Assembly: GCA_019058315.1 (NCBI GenBank)
Contig: JAHPZH010000003.1
Location: 779,983 to 843,982, forward strand
Direction of reading: 5' to 3'
DNA: 64,000 nt
DNA from: Candidatus Helarchaeota archaeon
GTDB lineage: Archaea; Asgardarchaeota; Lokiarchaeia; Helarchaeales; RDOG01
Shown piece after piece: positions 20,988-31,667 of the stretch. The translations under genes and the position numbers were made by a program. The notes beneath the pieces are model-generated. The model saw only the letters and a program-made list of their open reading frames with translations. It had not been told where the DNA came from and ran no database searches. Position 1 is the first letter of the stretch. Each line of letters opens with the position of its first letter.

Positions 20988-21066
20988 GATTTTGGTGAAA
21001 TGTTTAATGGGATAATTATTTTTACTTTATATTATTTTAATCCAAATTAATTTATTTAACTTAATT

Positions 21067-21888
21067 TCACAAAAATGTATTAATAAGAAATTCATCGATT
21101 TCCAAGTCTCTTATTCTTTTCCAATCATTCTTAAGAATTTGATATATACTAGTTCTAATCACACTTTTAAATAATTGTTCAGACTGCATAGTCTGTTTGA
21201 TGATAACAATAAAATTTGTAAGTATACTTTTTAATCTCTCCTTGAATTCCTCTTGATCAATTTCAGCCAGTGTTTCTATATCCCAGCTACCCGATTCTGC
21301 TTCAAACGCCATCTCTGTAAGATTTAATGAGTATTCAGGACCTAGATCAACGCTTGTACCAAGCGCAGTTATTATTTGTTGGTAAACATCTAAAATATCC
21401 ATAAGAGCTGCAGCGTCTTGAACACGTTTTGCTTTTTCCCAATCATTTATTAATTGGTCTAAAATCTCCTTAAAACCAGAAAATTTATGCATATTTCCAT
21501 CCCATTGTAATTCTTCGAAATTAGTATCAATATTAAAATATTCTGAGAAAGTCTCACCAATCCCCATTAGTTGGGATTTTAACATTTCGGACGTATCTTC
21601 TTTTTCAGATGCTGATACATAAAGAACTCCTTTATTTTCATAATAAACCCATCGGATTCCTCCCATATCAATATTTTCGATACCTGTTTGATCCAATTCA
21701 CCACTTGCAAACCCATATAGTGCTGTAAGAAACCCAGATAATAGATTTTCATCAATAATAATTTTACCAAATTGTTTCGAAAAAACTACTCGCCCAGAAC
21801 TCTTTTCGATAATAAAAATTGAATATAACAAGGCACTTACTTCCAAATCTAAACTAAAGTCATTATAATGATTATAAGAATTTTCCAC
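21067..21888 (-). CDS. Longin-like domain protein with helical C-terminus
   Basis: IFIIEKSSGRVVF..F...DENLLSGFLTALYGFA pattern. Confidence 0.65.
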   Translation of the reverse strand: MENSYNHYNDFSLDLEVSALLYSIFIIEKSSGRVVFSKQFGKIIIDENLLSGFLTALYGFASGELDQTGIENIDMGGIRWVYYENKGVLYVSASEKEDTSEMLKSQLMGIGETFSEYFNIDTNFEELQWDGNMHKFSGFKEILDQLINDWEKAKRVQDAAALMDILDVYQQIITALGTSVDLGPEYSLNLTEMAFEAESGSWDIETLAEIDQEEFKERLKSILTNFIVIIKQTMQSEQLFKSVIRTSIYQILKNDWKRIRDLEIDEFLINTFL

Positions 21889-22017
21889 AAAATCTGATTT
21901 TAAATTTCTTTAATATCCAATCTCTTATTAAATTAATTAATAACATGCTATTATTTTTATTTATTTTTTAATTTTACCAAATTATCAAAATTTTTATAAA
22001 AAAAGATTTAAAATAAC

Positions 22018-23439
22018 TTATAGTTTAAACTCTTCATAGATTGCGTGTATTGCTTTTTCAATATCTTTCTTTAGTATGACCATAGAGATGTTGAGTTCGG
22101 ATGATCCTTGGGCTATTGCTCTAATATTAACGTTATTTTTTCCCAGAGCAGTAAATACTCGTCCTGCAACACCAGGAGTATGAATCATACCAGCTCCAAC
22201 AACAGCTAGTAAAGATACATTTAATTCTCTTTTTAATTTAAGAAAATATGAACTTTTACCAAAAAAATCGGAATTAATCAATACATCCTTGGCTATCTCA
22301 CCATCAGCGCGGGTTACTAAGAAGGTAATATTATTTTCTGATGATGATTGACTGATCATAAGAATGTTAACATTATTTTTTCCCATTAAATCGAACACCC
22401 TAGCAGCAGTCCCAGGTCTAGATACCATGGCTTCCCCTTCCACAGTGATCATTGCAACATCTTTCATTATTGATATAGCTTTAACGATATCTGATTTAAT
22501 ATGTTTTGAAGGACCTATAATTGTGAAATCTTCTGAATCAGGATGGTCAAAACATCTAATTTCAATTGGCACATTTTTATGTTCTGCTGGAAATATACAC
22601 AAAGGATGAAGGATTTTAGTTCCAAAAAATGCCAATTCACGAGCCTCTGCATACGAAATATAAGGAATTAATTTCGCATTGGTTGCAAATTTAGGATCTG
22701 AAGAATATAAACCATGCACATCTTTCCATAATATTACATTTAAGCTATATTCAGGCTTATTTTGTAGGCATGATGCAATTAATGTTGTAGTCAAATCAGA
22801 TCCTCCTCTACCTAGAGTTGCAATGTCACCATCCTCAGTCCTTGCAATATAGCCAGTAATTGCGGGAGCTATATTTTTAGAAAAAAGTGAATAAATTCTT
22901 TCTTTCACATAATTTTCAGTCAAATCCATCATTGGTAAGTTATTACGATTGATTACGATGAACTCATCATCAGCAGAAACGTATTCGGCATCAATACCTT
23001 TGTATTTCAAAAATTGTGTAAAAATATAAGTTGATAGTCTTTCACCATATGATAATACAAATTCCTTATTTCTATATGACAAACCTTCTTTTTGAATTGC
23101 ATCTAATTTTATTTTTAATTCGTTTAATGAATCATCGATGAAATTTTGAGCGTTCTTCGCCCATTTGTCCTTAATTACACTATTAATTATTTGATAATGT
23201 TTATTTTTCAATTCATCAATAAAATCTTGTGTATTTGCTCTTGGATTCTCTGATTTTTCCGCTGATTCCAGTAGAAAATTAGTAACTCCTGACACTGCTG
23301 AACAAATGAATGCTAAATTCAGATCAGGTTTTTGGAATTGATTAATAATATTTAGCGTCTTTGCAAAAGAGGCACTATCACGTAGACAAGAGCCCCCGAA
23401 TTTCATTACTGTTATTTTTTTCATTTTACTAATACACAT
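22018..23439 (-). CDS. lysC: Aspartate kinase
   Basis: VMKFGGS, SYGERLS, TLGRGGSD, EARELAFFG.KILHP, two ACT domains (SQSSSE, AQGSSE). Confidence 0.95.
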   Translation of the reverse strand: MCISKMKKITVMKFGGSCLRDSASFAKTLNIINQFQKPDLNLAFICSAVSGVTNFLLESAEKSENPRANTQDFIDELKNKHYQIINSVIKDKWAKNAQNFIDDSLNELKIKLDAIQKEGLSYRNKEFVLSYGERLSTYIFTQFLKYKGIDAEYVSADDEFIVINRNNLPMMDLTENYVKERIYSLFSKNIAPAITGYIARTEDGDIATLGRGGSDLTTTLIASCLQNKPEYSLNVILWKDVHGLYSSDPKFATNAKLIPYISYAEARELAFFGTKILHPLCIFPAEHKNVPIEIRCFDHPDSEDFTIIGPSKHIKSDIVKAISIMKDVAMITVEGEAMVSRPGTAARVFDLMGKNNVNILMISQSSSENNITFLVTRADGEIAKDVLINSDFFGKSSYFLKLKRELNVSLLAVVGAGMIHTPGVAGRVFTALGKNNVNIRAIAQGSSELNISMVILKKDIEKAIHAIYEEFKL

Positions 23440-23500
23440 TTAATTTAAATTGTATTAGAAGAATTAAAAAATTAGTGAAATAAAAACATTTTTAAAAATA

Positions 23501-23953
23501 ATGAAAAATTCAAAGAAAAAGTTGAAATCTTTGCCTCAAGATAACTCTAAAGAAAAAGTCGACGATCTTGCATTAAAATTATTTAAAGAAATTGGTTTGA
23601 AAGATGATGAAATAGAATCAACGATGGACTTGATTAATTTAATAGAAAGCACTCCAAGCAGAACCTCCCAAACTGAATTAATATCAAAACCTCCAATTGG
23701 TATTACGGAGACTGAACGAATTAGACAGTTAGAAGAAATTATTGAAGAACAACGTAAACGAATCGAAAAATACGAGGAGAAAATAGGTCCAAAGTTAATA
23801 TTAATGATTAAAAGTTATTTGGATAAATTAAATTCAGCCAATAATGAAATTCAATTAAAACAAAAAAAAATTATTCAATTAGAGGAACAAATTGCGAAAT
23901 TTAAACAAATTATTCAAAAATTGAGGACAATTTGGCAAATTTCAGAAGTATAA
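23501..23953 (+). CDS. Hypothetical coiled-coil protein
   Basis: 150-aa ORF with heptad-rich C-terminal half. Confidence 0.6.
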   Translation: MKNSKKKLKSLPQDNSKEKVDDLALKLFKEIGLKDDEIESTMDLINLIESTPSRTSQTELISKPPIGITETERIRQLEEIIEEQRKRIEKYEEKIGPKLILMIKSYLDKLNSANNEIQLKQKKIIQLEEQIAKFKQIIQKLRTIWQISEV

Positions 23954-24098
23954 ATTTAAAAAATTACTCGCAATAAATATATAATTCAAGATTAAGTTGT
24001 ATTATTTGATATCATTTTATCATATAAAAATATTTTATTACATAAAAATATAGGAAAAGTAAGATATTACTTTATTAACTGACAAGAGATGATTAATT

Positions 24099-25250
24099 TT
24101 GTCATTATTAGAATGGGAGAAGATTGAGCAAAAACCAGAGAAGGATTATAAAGTTCCTGGAGAATTCTTATTAAGTCAACGAAAATTTCTTGAAGAACAA
24201 GAGAAGAAAGTCGAGAAACTAGAATCGACAATAAAAGAACTTAGAGAAGAGCTGGCAAATGCAAATTCAGAGCTAGAAACTAGAGCAAACAAAATTAAAG
24301 AGATGGTTGAAAAAATAGGGGAAATGAATGAAAAACTTGAAGCATTAAATGAAGCTTCAGAAGGAGTTAAAAACCTCAATATAGAGCTTTCTCAAACAAA
24401 TGATGAACTTAATGATGAAATTGAAAAATTGAAAGATGAAATTCAAACGTTAAAGGATAATAATGAACTCCAAGAAAATTTAGTTAAAGAGAAAAATGAA
24501 GAATTACAGAAAAATTTAGATGAAGTTGAACAGTTAAAACAAAAAAGTGCAGAATTAGAAGAAAAACTAAGCTCAATCCCTTCGGAAGAGGAAATTAATG
24601 AGATGAGAAAAAAACTTGAAGACTTTCCATCACCCGAAGAGATAGAAGAATTAAAAAGAAGACCTTCCCCTGATGATGTTGATAATCTTTTAATTAGCAA
24701 AGATGAAGAAATCGAAAAATTAAACGAACAAATTAACACTTTAAAATCAGAGGTTGAAGGATTAAAAGTCGCGGCTGAAACAGCGCCTCCAACTCCAGCC
24801 CCAACGCCAGCACCTCCAACACCAAAACCCGAAATAACACCTACACCTGCTACACCTGTTGTCTCAACAACTCCCTCAGTAGATCTTTCAAGTCCAAAAT
24901 TTTCTATAACAGATGATTCAACAAAACCAAAATTCTCATTAGTTGACGATGGATCTTTGGATATAGAAGGTGTTAAAAAGAGAGTTTTGCCTCAACAAGT
25001 TATAGATATCTTTAACAACCTGAAAATGGCTATCCAGGGAGGAATTAGAGCGGGAGAGTTATATAAACTTATGGAAGATTCAAGAGATGAGATAGCAAAT
25101 ATTTTCGGATTTAGTCAAGCTTTAAAACGAATGGGTGATGTTGCAAAAAAGCTGAAAAAAGCACCTCAAAACGCTCAAATTGATGAACAATCAGTAAATA
25201 TTTTCCTTCAAAAAATTGATGAATGGATGAAAACTATGGGAACTTTTTAA
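24099..25250 (+). CDS. Coiled-coil protein with Pro/Thr-rich linker and helical C-terminal domain
   Basis: Glu/Lys-rich heptads over ~220 aa, then APPTPAPTPAPPTPKP linker. Confidence 0.7.
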   Translation: MSLLEWEKIEQKPEKDYKVPGEFLLSQRKFLEEQEKKVEKLESTIKELREELANANSELETRANKIKEMVEKIGEMNEKLEALNEASEGVKNLNIELSQTNDELNDEIEKLKDEIQTLKDNNELQENLVKEKNEELQKNLDEVEQLKQKSAELEEKLSSIPSEEEINEMRKKLEDFPSPEEIEELKRRPSPDDVDNLLISKDEEIEKLNEQINTLKSEVEGLKVAAETAPPTPAPTPAPPTPKPEITPTPATPVVSTTPSVDLSSPKFSITDDSTKPKFSLVDDGSLDIEGVKKRVLPQQVIDIFNNLKMAIQGGIRAGELYKLMEDSRDEIANIFGFSQALKRMGDVAKKLKKAPQNAQIDEQSVNIFLQKIDEWMKTMGTF

Positions 25251-25283
25251 ATATTTATTTTTATTTCATTATTTTTCTAGTAT

Positions 25284-25973
25284 TTATTCTTCTTCTGGTT
25301 CTTCTTCTTCCTCTTCTTCCTCATCTTCTTCCTCATCTTCTAATTCTTCCTCTTCTTCCTCACCAGTTTTTACATCCCCTTCTTGCTCCAATTCATCCAA
25401 TTTCTTTTTTAACCCACTATTTGTTAGAATGAGGTAGGCTTTTTGTATACCTAGAATTTCATCTAAGTCTTGTTCATACTTTGTTATTTTTCTCTTATTA
25501 AGATCTTTTATTACATCTTCTCCTATTAAATAATTATCACCAAGTATATTATCCCTGAATTTTATAACCCTATTTTTTAATTTGTCTATAAGCTTATCCA
25601 TTATATTTTTTTCAATATTTTCTTGACCATCAACAATTTTATTTAAATTATAATTTTCTTTTCCTATAGAGAAAGTTTTAGGAATATTAGAAGCTATTAG
25701 GGTATCTTCATCATTCAATGTTCTTAAAATATTATTTCTTTTTTCCTCAATTTCTTGTAAAATCGTCCAATTTTTATTATCATTTACGATATCCCACTCC
25801 AGATTATCTATGACATTGTCTTTCTCCCGATTTTTATGTTTTTCATATACATGATCCTCCCCAATAATTATATCTTTAAATTTCTCTTTGCATATCGTAC
25901 AAGAACATGGAATCAGATATCTTCCTCTTTGAATTAATTCTAACCTGTTTTCAGTTTTTTCTTTTTCTGACAA
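25284..25973 (-). CDS. Hypothetical protein with acidic C-terminal tail
   Basis: 229 aa, CSCTIC motif, poly-Glu tail; 13 bp downstream of top6A. Confidence 0.65.
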   Translation of the reverse strand: MSEKEKTENRLELIQRGRYLIPCSCTICKEKFKDIIIGEDHVYEKHKNREKDNVIDNLEWDIVNDNKNWTILQEIEEKRNNILRTLNDEDTLIASNIPKTFSIGKENYNLNKIVDGQENIEKNIMDKLIDKLKNRVIKFRDNILGDNYLIGEDVIKDLNKRKITKYEQDLDEILGIQKAYLILTNSGLKKKLDELEQEGDVKTGEEEEEELEDEEEDEEEEEEEEPEEE

Positions 25974-25986
25974 TTAATCCATATCC

Positions 25987-27231
25987 TTAAATCCAATCTC
26001 CAGTACTTAACTTTGTAGGGAGATAACTATCAGTCAAATACTCAAAGCCCTTACTTGAAAGAGCTTGAATTTCTGCTTTCTGTTTATGTTTTTTCATATG
26101 TTGGAGATCGTCAACCCAACGTGCATTTTGTTGAACAAATGCTTCCTTTAACATATCGTCTACACGATTAATATCTGTATCAGTCATGGGAATTTTACAT
26201 GTTTTAGGTATTCCATAAACATCCAAATCTTGAGAAAGAACACCTATCAATTTGATCCCTTGCGTTGCTAAAAATGGGGATTCATAGGATAGTTTTTTAC
26301 TCCCTCTTAGATATACACTATGTATATAATGCCCATAGGGATCAGAATCCACTAATGAGAATACAGGCAATTCTAATTCCTTTGCTAAACGTCTTAAAAA
26401 CATACGAGTTGCAATATCAGGAGCTCCTTTTGCTGTTAAAATGATACAGGGATATTCTCTCCAGAATTTTTTCTCAGTTAATCGGATAACAGCTGCATCT
26501 TTCTCTACTACTAGAATAAATTCAGCATCAGACTCTAAAATTTCGACCTTATCTAAAAATGGAGTTATTGCCCAACCACCAGTTCCCAAACGTTCTAAAT
26601 CTATCTCATCCCCACTATCTCGAATTTTTAATTTTCCAATGGCCATCCCTTTAGCACTAGCTACTATATGCGTGGAATTTCTAATCGTTTTTAGTAGAGT
26701 TGCCAGATCTTCAATAATTTTATCTGAATTGCTTTGGTCCTTAGCAAAAAGCTCTACATCACTATAAAATATTTCTCGCTTCGTAGCATGTATATCCTTT
26801 TCCAAAAGTTCATTAGCAAGATTCATAATATGGATAAGCCGAGTTGCGTCGCTGACACTGGTTAAACTATGAAAAGGTCTTTTTTTAACTTCATCACCTA
26901 ATAATAATAGATCTAAATTTTCGTCATAAATGATATTTTTTCTGCTTCTGGAGGGAATTGTAAAAATTGGTTTCCCTGTCTCCCGAATTTGTTTATAAAC
27001 CTCTTTTGCAATACGGATAAGTCTTTTACGAGCCTCTTTGGTACCAGCATCATCTACAACAAGTGCACCTTTTGGTAATTTGATTTCCTTTTGTTCTATC
27101 TTTTTGGCAATCTGACGAATTTTATTGAATTTGTAGTCCTCTTGACTAGGTTTTTTTGTTTTTTTAATATCTTTACTAGGTTTTTCCTTTTTCTTACTTT
27201 TTTTCTTTGCTTTTGATACTTTTGTTGACAT
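25987..27231 (-). CDS. top6A: DNA topoisomerase VI subunit A
   Basis: TKREIFY catalytic Tyr, LVVEKDA, KGAPD.ATR, DSDPYG TOPRIM, KAEIQAL. Confidence 0.96.
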   Translation of the reverse strand: MSTKVSKAKKKSKKKEKPSKDIKKTKKPSQEDYKFNKIRQIAKKIEQKEIKLPKGALVVDDAGTKEARKRLIRIAKEVYKQIRETGKPIFTIPSRSRKNIIYDENLDLLLLGDEVKKRPFHSLTSVSDATRLIHIMNLANELLEKDIHATKREIFYSDVELFAKDQSNSDKIIEDLATLLKTIRNSTHIVASAKGMAIGKLKIRDSGDEIDLERLGTGGWAITPFLDKVEILESDAEFILVVEKDAAVIRLTEKKFWREYPCIILTAKGAPDIATRMFLRRLAKELELPVFSLVDSDPYGHYIHSVYLRGSKKLSYESPFLATQGIKLIGVLSQDLDVYGIPKTCKIPMTDTDINRVDDMLKEAFVQQNARWVDDLQHMKKHKQKAEIQALSSKGFEYLTDSYLPTKLSTGDWI

Positions 27232-27243
27232 TATATCGCCTCA

Positions 27244-30200
27244 TTATGACGCTGGTTGTTCTATACTATCTTTTTTTACAGGTTCAATTTCTGAAACCAA
27301 TTTATAATAATCAAATTTTTTCTTTTTAACCCTCTTTTTTTCAACTCCATCTTCTTCGTATATTTCTTCATCAACAACTTCGTCCCTTGTTTCCTTTAAT
27401 ATAATATTTTGACTTTCAAGATTTACTAATATTGGAATAATTAAGTCATTTATTATCCATTTTTCTTTCAATTGATTTAATCCTAAATCCTCTATCATTT
27501 CATCGAGAGGAGTCCAATTTGTAGGCAAAATAGTTAAAATGTCTTCTCTTATATCCTTTTCAATTGGGTTTATCATTAGTTTTTCAATTTCATCGACAGA
27601 TGTTTTTTGTGCTAATTCACCATCAGATTGTAAAATATTATTGAGTGATTCTGCAAAAGCTTTTACATGATTTAATAAGAGTGATGCACGTCTAGCCCTT
27701 TTCTTTTTCTTTTCTTTTTTGAGAAGATAAGATCGTAATTTTCTTCCAACTTCTTCTAAACCAAGTTGTACTTCTCTTTTTAGAGTTTCATCGTCAGCCA
27801 AAGCTTGTTTACTTTGAGATTTAAACATTACATGGACAAAGGGTCCGGAAACATTCACGATTACACGAACCTTACCTCTAGGAAGGCCATTATCAAATGC
27901 ATCTAATTTATAATTTTTCCAATTGACTGATCCAACTGCTTTCCATATTGCACAATCGCTATTATCTCTTAATTTTGGAGTACGATTTACAAAACGATAT
28001 AAAACATCATTAGCTCTACTTGCGTCTTTTATCTGTCCTCCATATGCAATAGCAACTTCAACACCAAAAGCTAATCCTTTTCCACTGGTGGGTTTTCTTG
28101 TTTCTGCTTCTACAAAAGCTGGTTGAAAAGCCTCATCAATTACTTTCATTAAATTCTCTGAACTCACTGGTACAACGGTATCTGTAGGAGGAGCTAAGTA
28201 ATTCTCGCTAGAAAATACTTTAAATAAAGTATTCATTTGATCCTCATTCAGGTCAGAGGGTTTTGTCAACTCCAAACTTTCAGTTCCACCCAAAGACTCA
28301 TTTGTTTCATTTAATAAATCATCTATCTCATTTTTATTTAATCCGGTAAAATTTTGAGAAAGAAAAGAACTTAAAGTTTTATTATTTGTTTCTTGTATCA
28401 TTTCAGTAAATTTATTTACTGTAATTGAAGATGGACATTTTTCAAGATCATTCATTTGAACATAAATTGTATGTAATACTTTTTGAGTTAGATCTTTAGC
28501 AGGAGTATTTGCTAAACTTTTATATTCTAGCTGATCATTACACTCCTCTAGAATTACTTCAAGGCTTTTTTTTCCTATACCTTTAATCTTTTTTAAAGTT
28601 GTAACAATACTTTTACCTTCTGATTCTTTAAGGAATTTTTGGAATTGATCTAAAGTTAATTCGAGATCATTAACGTTTTTGGACATTGAATCATAAATAA
28701 CCTTTATCTCTTTCTTCTTTAATTCCTCTGTATCGAGTGCATACAAATTCCTGATTTTTAATATTTCTTCAGATTTCAAAATAAGTTTTTTAATTGTATA
28801 TGTATTGAGATTACAAAAATCTGATGAGAGAATATCCTCAATATTATTTGTATTATCCTTCAAATAAGCTTTAAATTTTGCAAAACTGATAGAAAATGGA
28901 CAAAAACTCGATTCTCTATATAATTCTTGGATGCTCTTAATATTATCAATTGTCATTTCTTCTGCTTTTTTTGTAATAAGTCTTAGTTGTTTTAATACAG
29001 CTTCGAATTGATCTTTATTATAATCATAAAATTTAGAAAAGATTTTAATAATTGGTTTATTTTCATAGTTTTGTACACTTTTTAATAGTTGTTCGGGAGA
29101 ATCTTTTTTAATACAAACCACACTTTTAGTTAAATTTCGATATAATGCACGAATTGAGGTATCAGATAAATCGTTTGGGGATAATGATAATATATTTTGA
29201 GCTGCTCCTAGCATTTGATTTGCTTTTTCAACAATTTCTTTCGCCTTATTTTTACTCAATCTAACAAATGCTGTTGATAGGAAAGAAACAATATCTTTTT
29301 TATTTGTAGAACGAAGCAAATCTTGAAATTCGCCAATTAGAACTGAAGCTGGATGAGGTTGAGCATATTTAGGTTCGTTTGGAAATTCTGTAACTCTACG
29401 AGGATATATCGACACTTCACCGTATGGATCTATGAAAATCAGTGTAATATGTCCATTTAAGAATGAAGCCTGTCTTAAATATTCATCTGCATAACCACGA
29501 ATATATCTAACATTTAAATAATTGAGATTAACATAAGTTCCGTGTTGCATTTTAGTTCTAAATGATTCTGGTCCTAAAGCATAATCTTTTTCATTTTTAC
29601 TTGTTGTATAAAATGCCGAGAGCATTCCTTCTGAGGCTGATTCATGTCTTGTTATAACAATTATTGGTCTACCTGTAGTATTTTGTGAATCACTAAATGC
29701 ACTAGAAGCCCCAAACCCTTGACTTCCTCTAGTTTGTTTAAGATTAGCACTTTTTGAAGAGGCGAGATATAATCCAAATTTTTCCAGATCCGAAGGTATC
29801 ATACCTGTTCCATTATCAAATACTTCGAAACTAAACATCCTAATATCTTTTCCATGCATTTCCTCAGGAAGCATTTTTGGTTTTTCAATCTCTCTGATTC
29901 TGATAATCGCTAGGGGTTCGCGATCAATTATATCCCTAATTGGGTCGATAAATTTATTAAAAGTTTCAAGAATAGGTTTACGAGCTATTTCGTATTGTGA
30001 TCCATCAGCATTTTCTGTAACAGTCTTAAAATCATTTTGAATTTGTTCTATCTGTTCTGATTCTAAAACTTTTCTTATTTTATAACCGGAATGTTTCCAA
30101 TTATGACTCTCTATTCCATCCAATGAATTATCTAGAAATTCAGCAGCATATTGAGAATGTTTGTTGAACCCAATATCAAATCCCACAAGTTGAGTACGTT

Positions 30201-30990
30201 TACGCATGAATTCGGCAATACTGCCCTTACGAATTACACCTTTAGACGAACTTTCATCTTCCTCTGTAGTTTTGGGTTCTTTAGTTTCTGGAGTTGGTTT
30301 AGTTTCTCTCTTTTCCCGTTTTTTCTTTTTAGTTTTAACCTTATCTTTAATTTTTTTTGGTTTAGGAGAAGGTTTTTTTATGGGTTTTTCTTCAATAACG
30401 GGTGGTTTTTCGGGTGGTTTTTGCACTTCTTCGATTTTTGTTATTTCGGGTTCAGCTTCTACCTTTGGTTTGGATTCCGCTTTAACTTTCTCTTTAGGTT
30501 TAGCTTCTACCTTTGGTTTGGATTCCGCTTTAACTTTCTTTTTAGGTTCAGCTTCTACCTTTGGTTTGGATTCCGCTTTAACTTTCTTTTTAGGTTCAGC
30601 TTTTACCTTTGGTTTGGCCTCCGCTTTAGGTTTAGCTTTAGTTTTTTTCGTCGTTTCTATTTTTTTTGATACTTTAGCAGTTTTTGGTTTAGCTTTAGTC
30701 TTTGCTTCAGAAAAATCTCCCAAATCTTTTTGAGGACCTTTTTCTGTAATTAAATAATAAGTTTTATTTTCTTTACGAATTTTATTTTCCTTTTCTAATT
30801 TTTTTAATATCTTTGCAACTTTTCTACCCTTGATATATTCAGGGGCTGTTTTATCCATACCTTTCTTAATAATAATCCCCAATTTTTTCATAATAGATCT
30901 TGTGGGGATTCCTTTTTCTGTAATTAATTTTAAAATATTTTCTTTAGTTATTTCTTCCAATTTAATTCTTCCAATAGAGTTTTTAACCAC
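27244..30990 (-). CDS. top6B: DNA topoisomerase VI subunit B, greatly expanded (1248 aa)
   Basis: EFLDNSLDG, VFDNGTGM, QTRGSQGFGAS (GHKL), PHP, RFVNRTP, FKSQSKQ (transducer); Lys-rich N-terminus and repeated H2TH units. Confidence 0.93.
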   Translation of the reverse strand: MVKNSIGRIKLEEITKENILKLITEKGIPTRSIMKKLGIIIKKGMDKTAPEYIKGRKVAKILKKLEKENKIRKENKTYYLITEKGPQKDLGDFSEAKTKAKPKTAKVSKKIETTKKTKAKPKAEAKPKVKAEPKKKVKAESKPKVEAEPKKKVKAESKPKVEAKPKEKVKAESKPKVEAEPEITKIEEVQKPPEKPPVIEEKPIKKPSPKPKKIKDKVKTKKKKREKRETKPTPETKEPKTTEEDESSSKGVIRKGSIAEFMRKRTQLVGFDIGFNKHSQYAAEFLDNSLDGIESHNWKHSGYKIRKVLESEQIEQIQNDFKTVTENADGSQYEIARKPILETFNKFIDPIRDIIDREPLAIIRIREIEKPKMLPEEMHGKDIRMFSFEVFDNGTGMIPSDLEKFGLYLASSKSANLKQTRGSQGFGASSAFSDSQNTTGRPIIVITRHESASEGMLSAFYTTSKNEKDYALGPESFRTKMQHGTYVNLNYLNVRYIRGYADEYLRQASFLNGHITLIFIDPYGEVSIYPRRVTEFPNEPKYAQPHPASVLIGEFQDLLRSTNKKDIVSFLSTAFVRLSKNKAKEIVEKANQMLGAAQNILSLSPNDLSDTSIRALYRNLTKSVVCIKKDSPEQLLKSVQNYENKPIIKIFSKFYDYNKDQFEAVLKQLRLITKKAEEMTIDNIKSIQELYRESSFCPFSISFAKFKAYLKDNTNNIEDILSSDFCNLNTYTIKKLILKSEEILKIRNLYALDTEELKKKEIKVIYDSMSKNVNDLELTLDQFQKFLKESEGKSIVTTLKKIKGIGKKSLEVILEECNDQLEYKSLANTPAKDLTQKVLHTIYVQMNDLEKCPSSITVNKFTEMIQETNNKTLSSFLSQNFTGLNKNEIDDLLNETNESLGGTESLELTKPSDLNEDQMNTLFKVFSSENYLAPPTDTVVPVSSENLMKVIDEAFQPAFVEAETRKPTSGKGLAFGVEVAIAYGGQIKDASRANDVLYRFVNRTPKLRDNSDCAIWKAVGSVNWKNYKLDAFDNGLPRGKVRVIVNVSGPFVHVMFKSQSKQALADDETLKREVQLGLEEVGRKLRSYLLKKEKKKKRARRASLLLNHVKAFAESLNNILQSDGELAQKTSVDEIEKLMINPIEKDIREDILTILPTNWTPLDEMIEDLGLNQLKEKWIINDLIIPILVNLESQNIILKETRDEVVDEEIYEEDGVEKKRVKKKKFDYYKLVSEIEPVKKDSIEQPAS
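30449..30627. repeat. 48-bp coding tandem repeat (~3.7 copies) in top6B N-terminus
   Basis: Units begin at 30451, 30499, 30547, 30595 (TT(C/T)AGCTT(C/T)TACCTTTGGTTTGG...); encodes PKKKVKAESKPKVEAE. Confidence 0.95.
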
Positions 30991-31135
30991 TCTTTAAGAT
31001 TTCAACTATAATTAATCAATCCCTAAATAAAAATTTTAATTTATAATATTATAATTCTTCTAAAGACCGACAAAAATTTTATATTAGGCTTAAAATCATT
31101 AGTAATGGGACTATCAAGGAGAGTATAGTATAAAT

Positions 31136-31522
31136 TTAGCTCAATAATTGTGCAATTTTTTCCTTAGCTTTAGACAATTCGTATATTAATACACCTAACT
31201 TAGCTTTCCTTTTTGTAATCATCGCTAATACGACTTCGTTAGTAATTCTTCCTAATAAAACTGCATTTTCGGCATTAGTGCCTCTAACAAACACATATTC
31301 GAATAATCCTCGGTTGAAGGCATTACAAAAATTTTCACCAAGAGAAATAAGTGTAGCGCATATAGCTGATGTGATTTCTTCTTCAGTAGAAGATCGGAAA
31401 TTACTCGCAATTGTTAAACCTTCCCAAGATAAAATTATTAACCCTTCGATATATGGAGCTTTTACTTTTATTTCATGCAAAATATTATTTAGCACCTTTT
31501 CTGTTGTTTCTAAAGTCACCAA
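31136..31522 (-). CDS. Roadblock/LC7 domain protein
   Basis: IEG.IILS.EGLTIAS, SAICATL.SLGE, V.VRG, KLG.LIYE. Confidence 0.88.
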   Translation of the reverse strand: MVTLETTEKVLNNILHEIKVKAPYIEGLIILSWEGLTIASNFRSSTEEEITSAICATLISLGENFCNAFNRGLFEYVFVRGTNAENAVLLGRITNEVVLAMITKRKAKLGVLIYELSKAKEKIAQLLS

Positions 31523-31667
31523 TAGCCCTCGAAGCCTTCATTAGATTAATTTTTTGGTATTTAATATAAGTGTTAAAATAATAAATTCTTCAATATTCAA
31601 ACATATTCATTATAATTTTTAAATTCTGTTTTTATGGAAAAATCAAGTCAAATGGCATTATTAGTGT

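Noticed and set aside
30449-30627. 48-bp repeats as a CRISPR-like array
   Set aside because: The units are contiguous with no unique spacers, their length is a multiple of 3, and they are in frame within a CDS.
30151-30733. Repetitive + strand ORFs of 172 and 175 aa
   Set aside because: They are antisense readings of the 48-bp repeat inside top6B.
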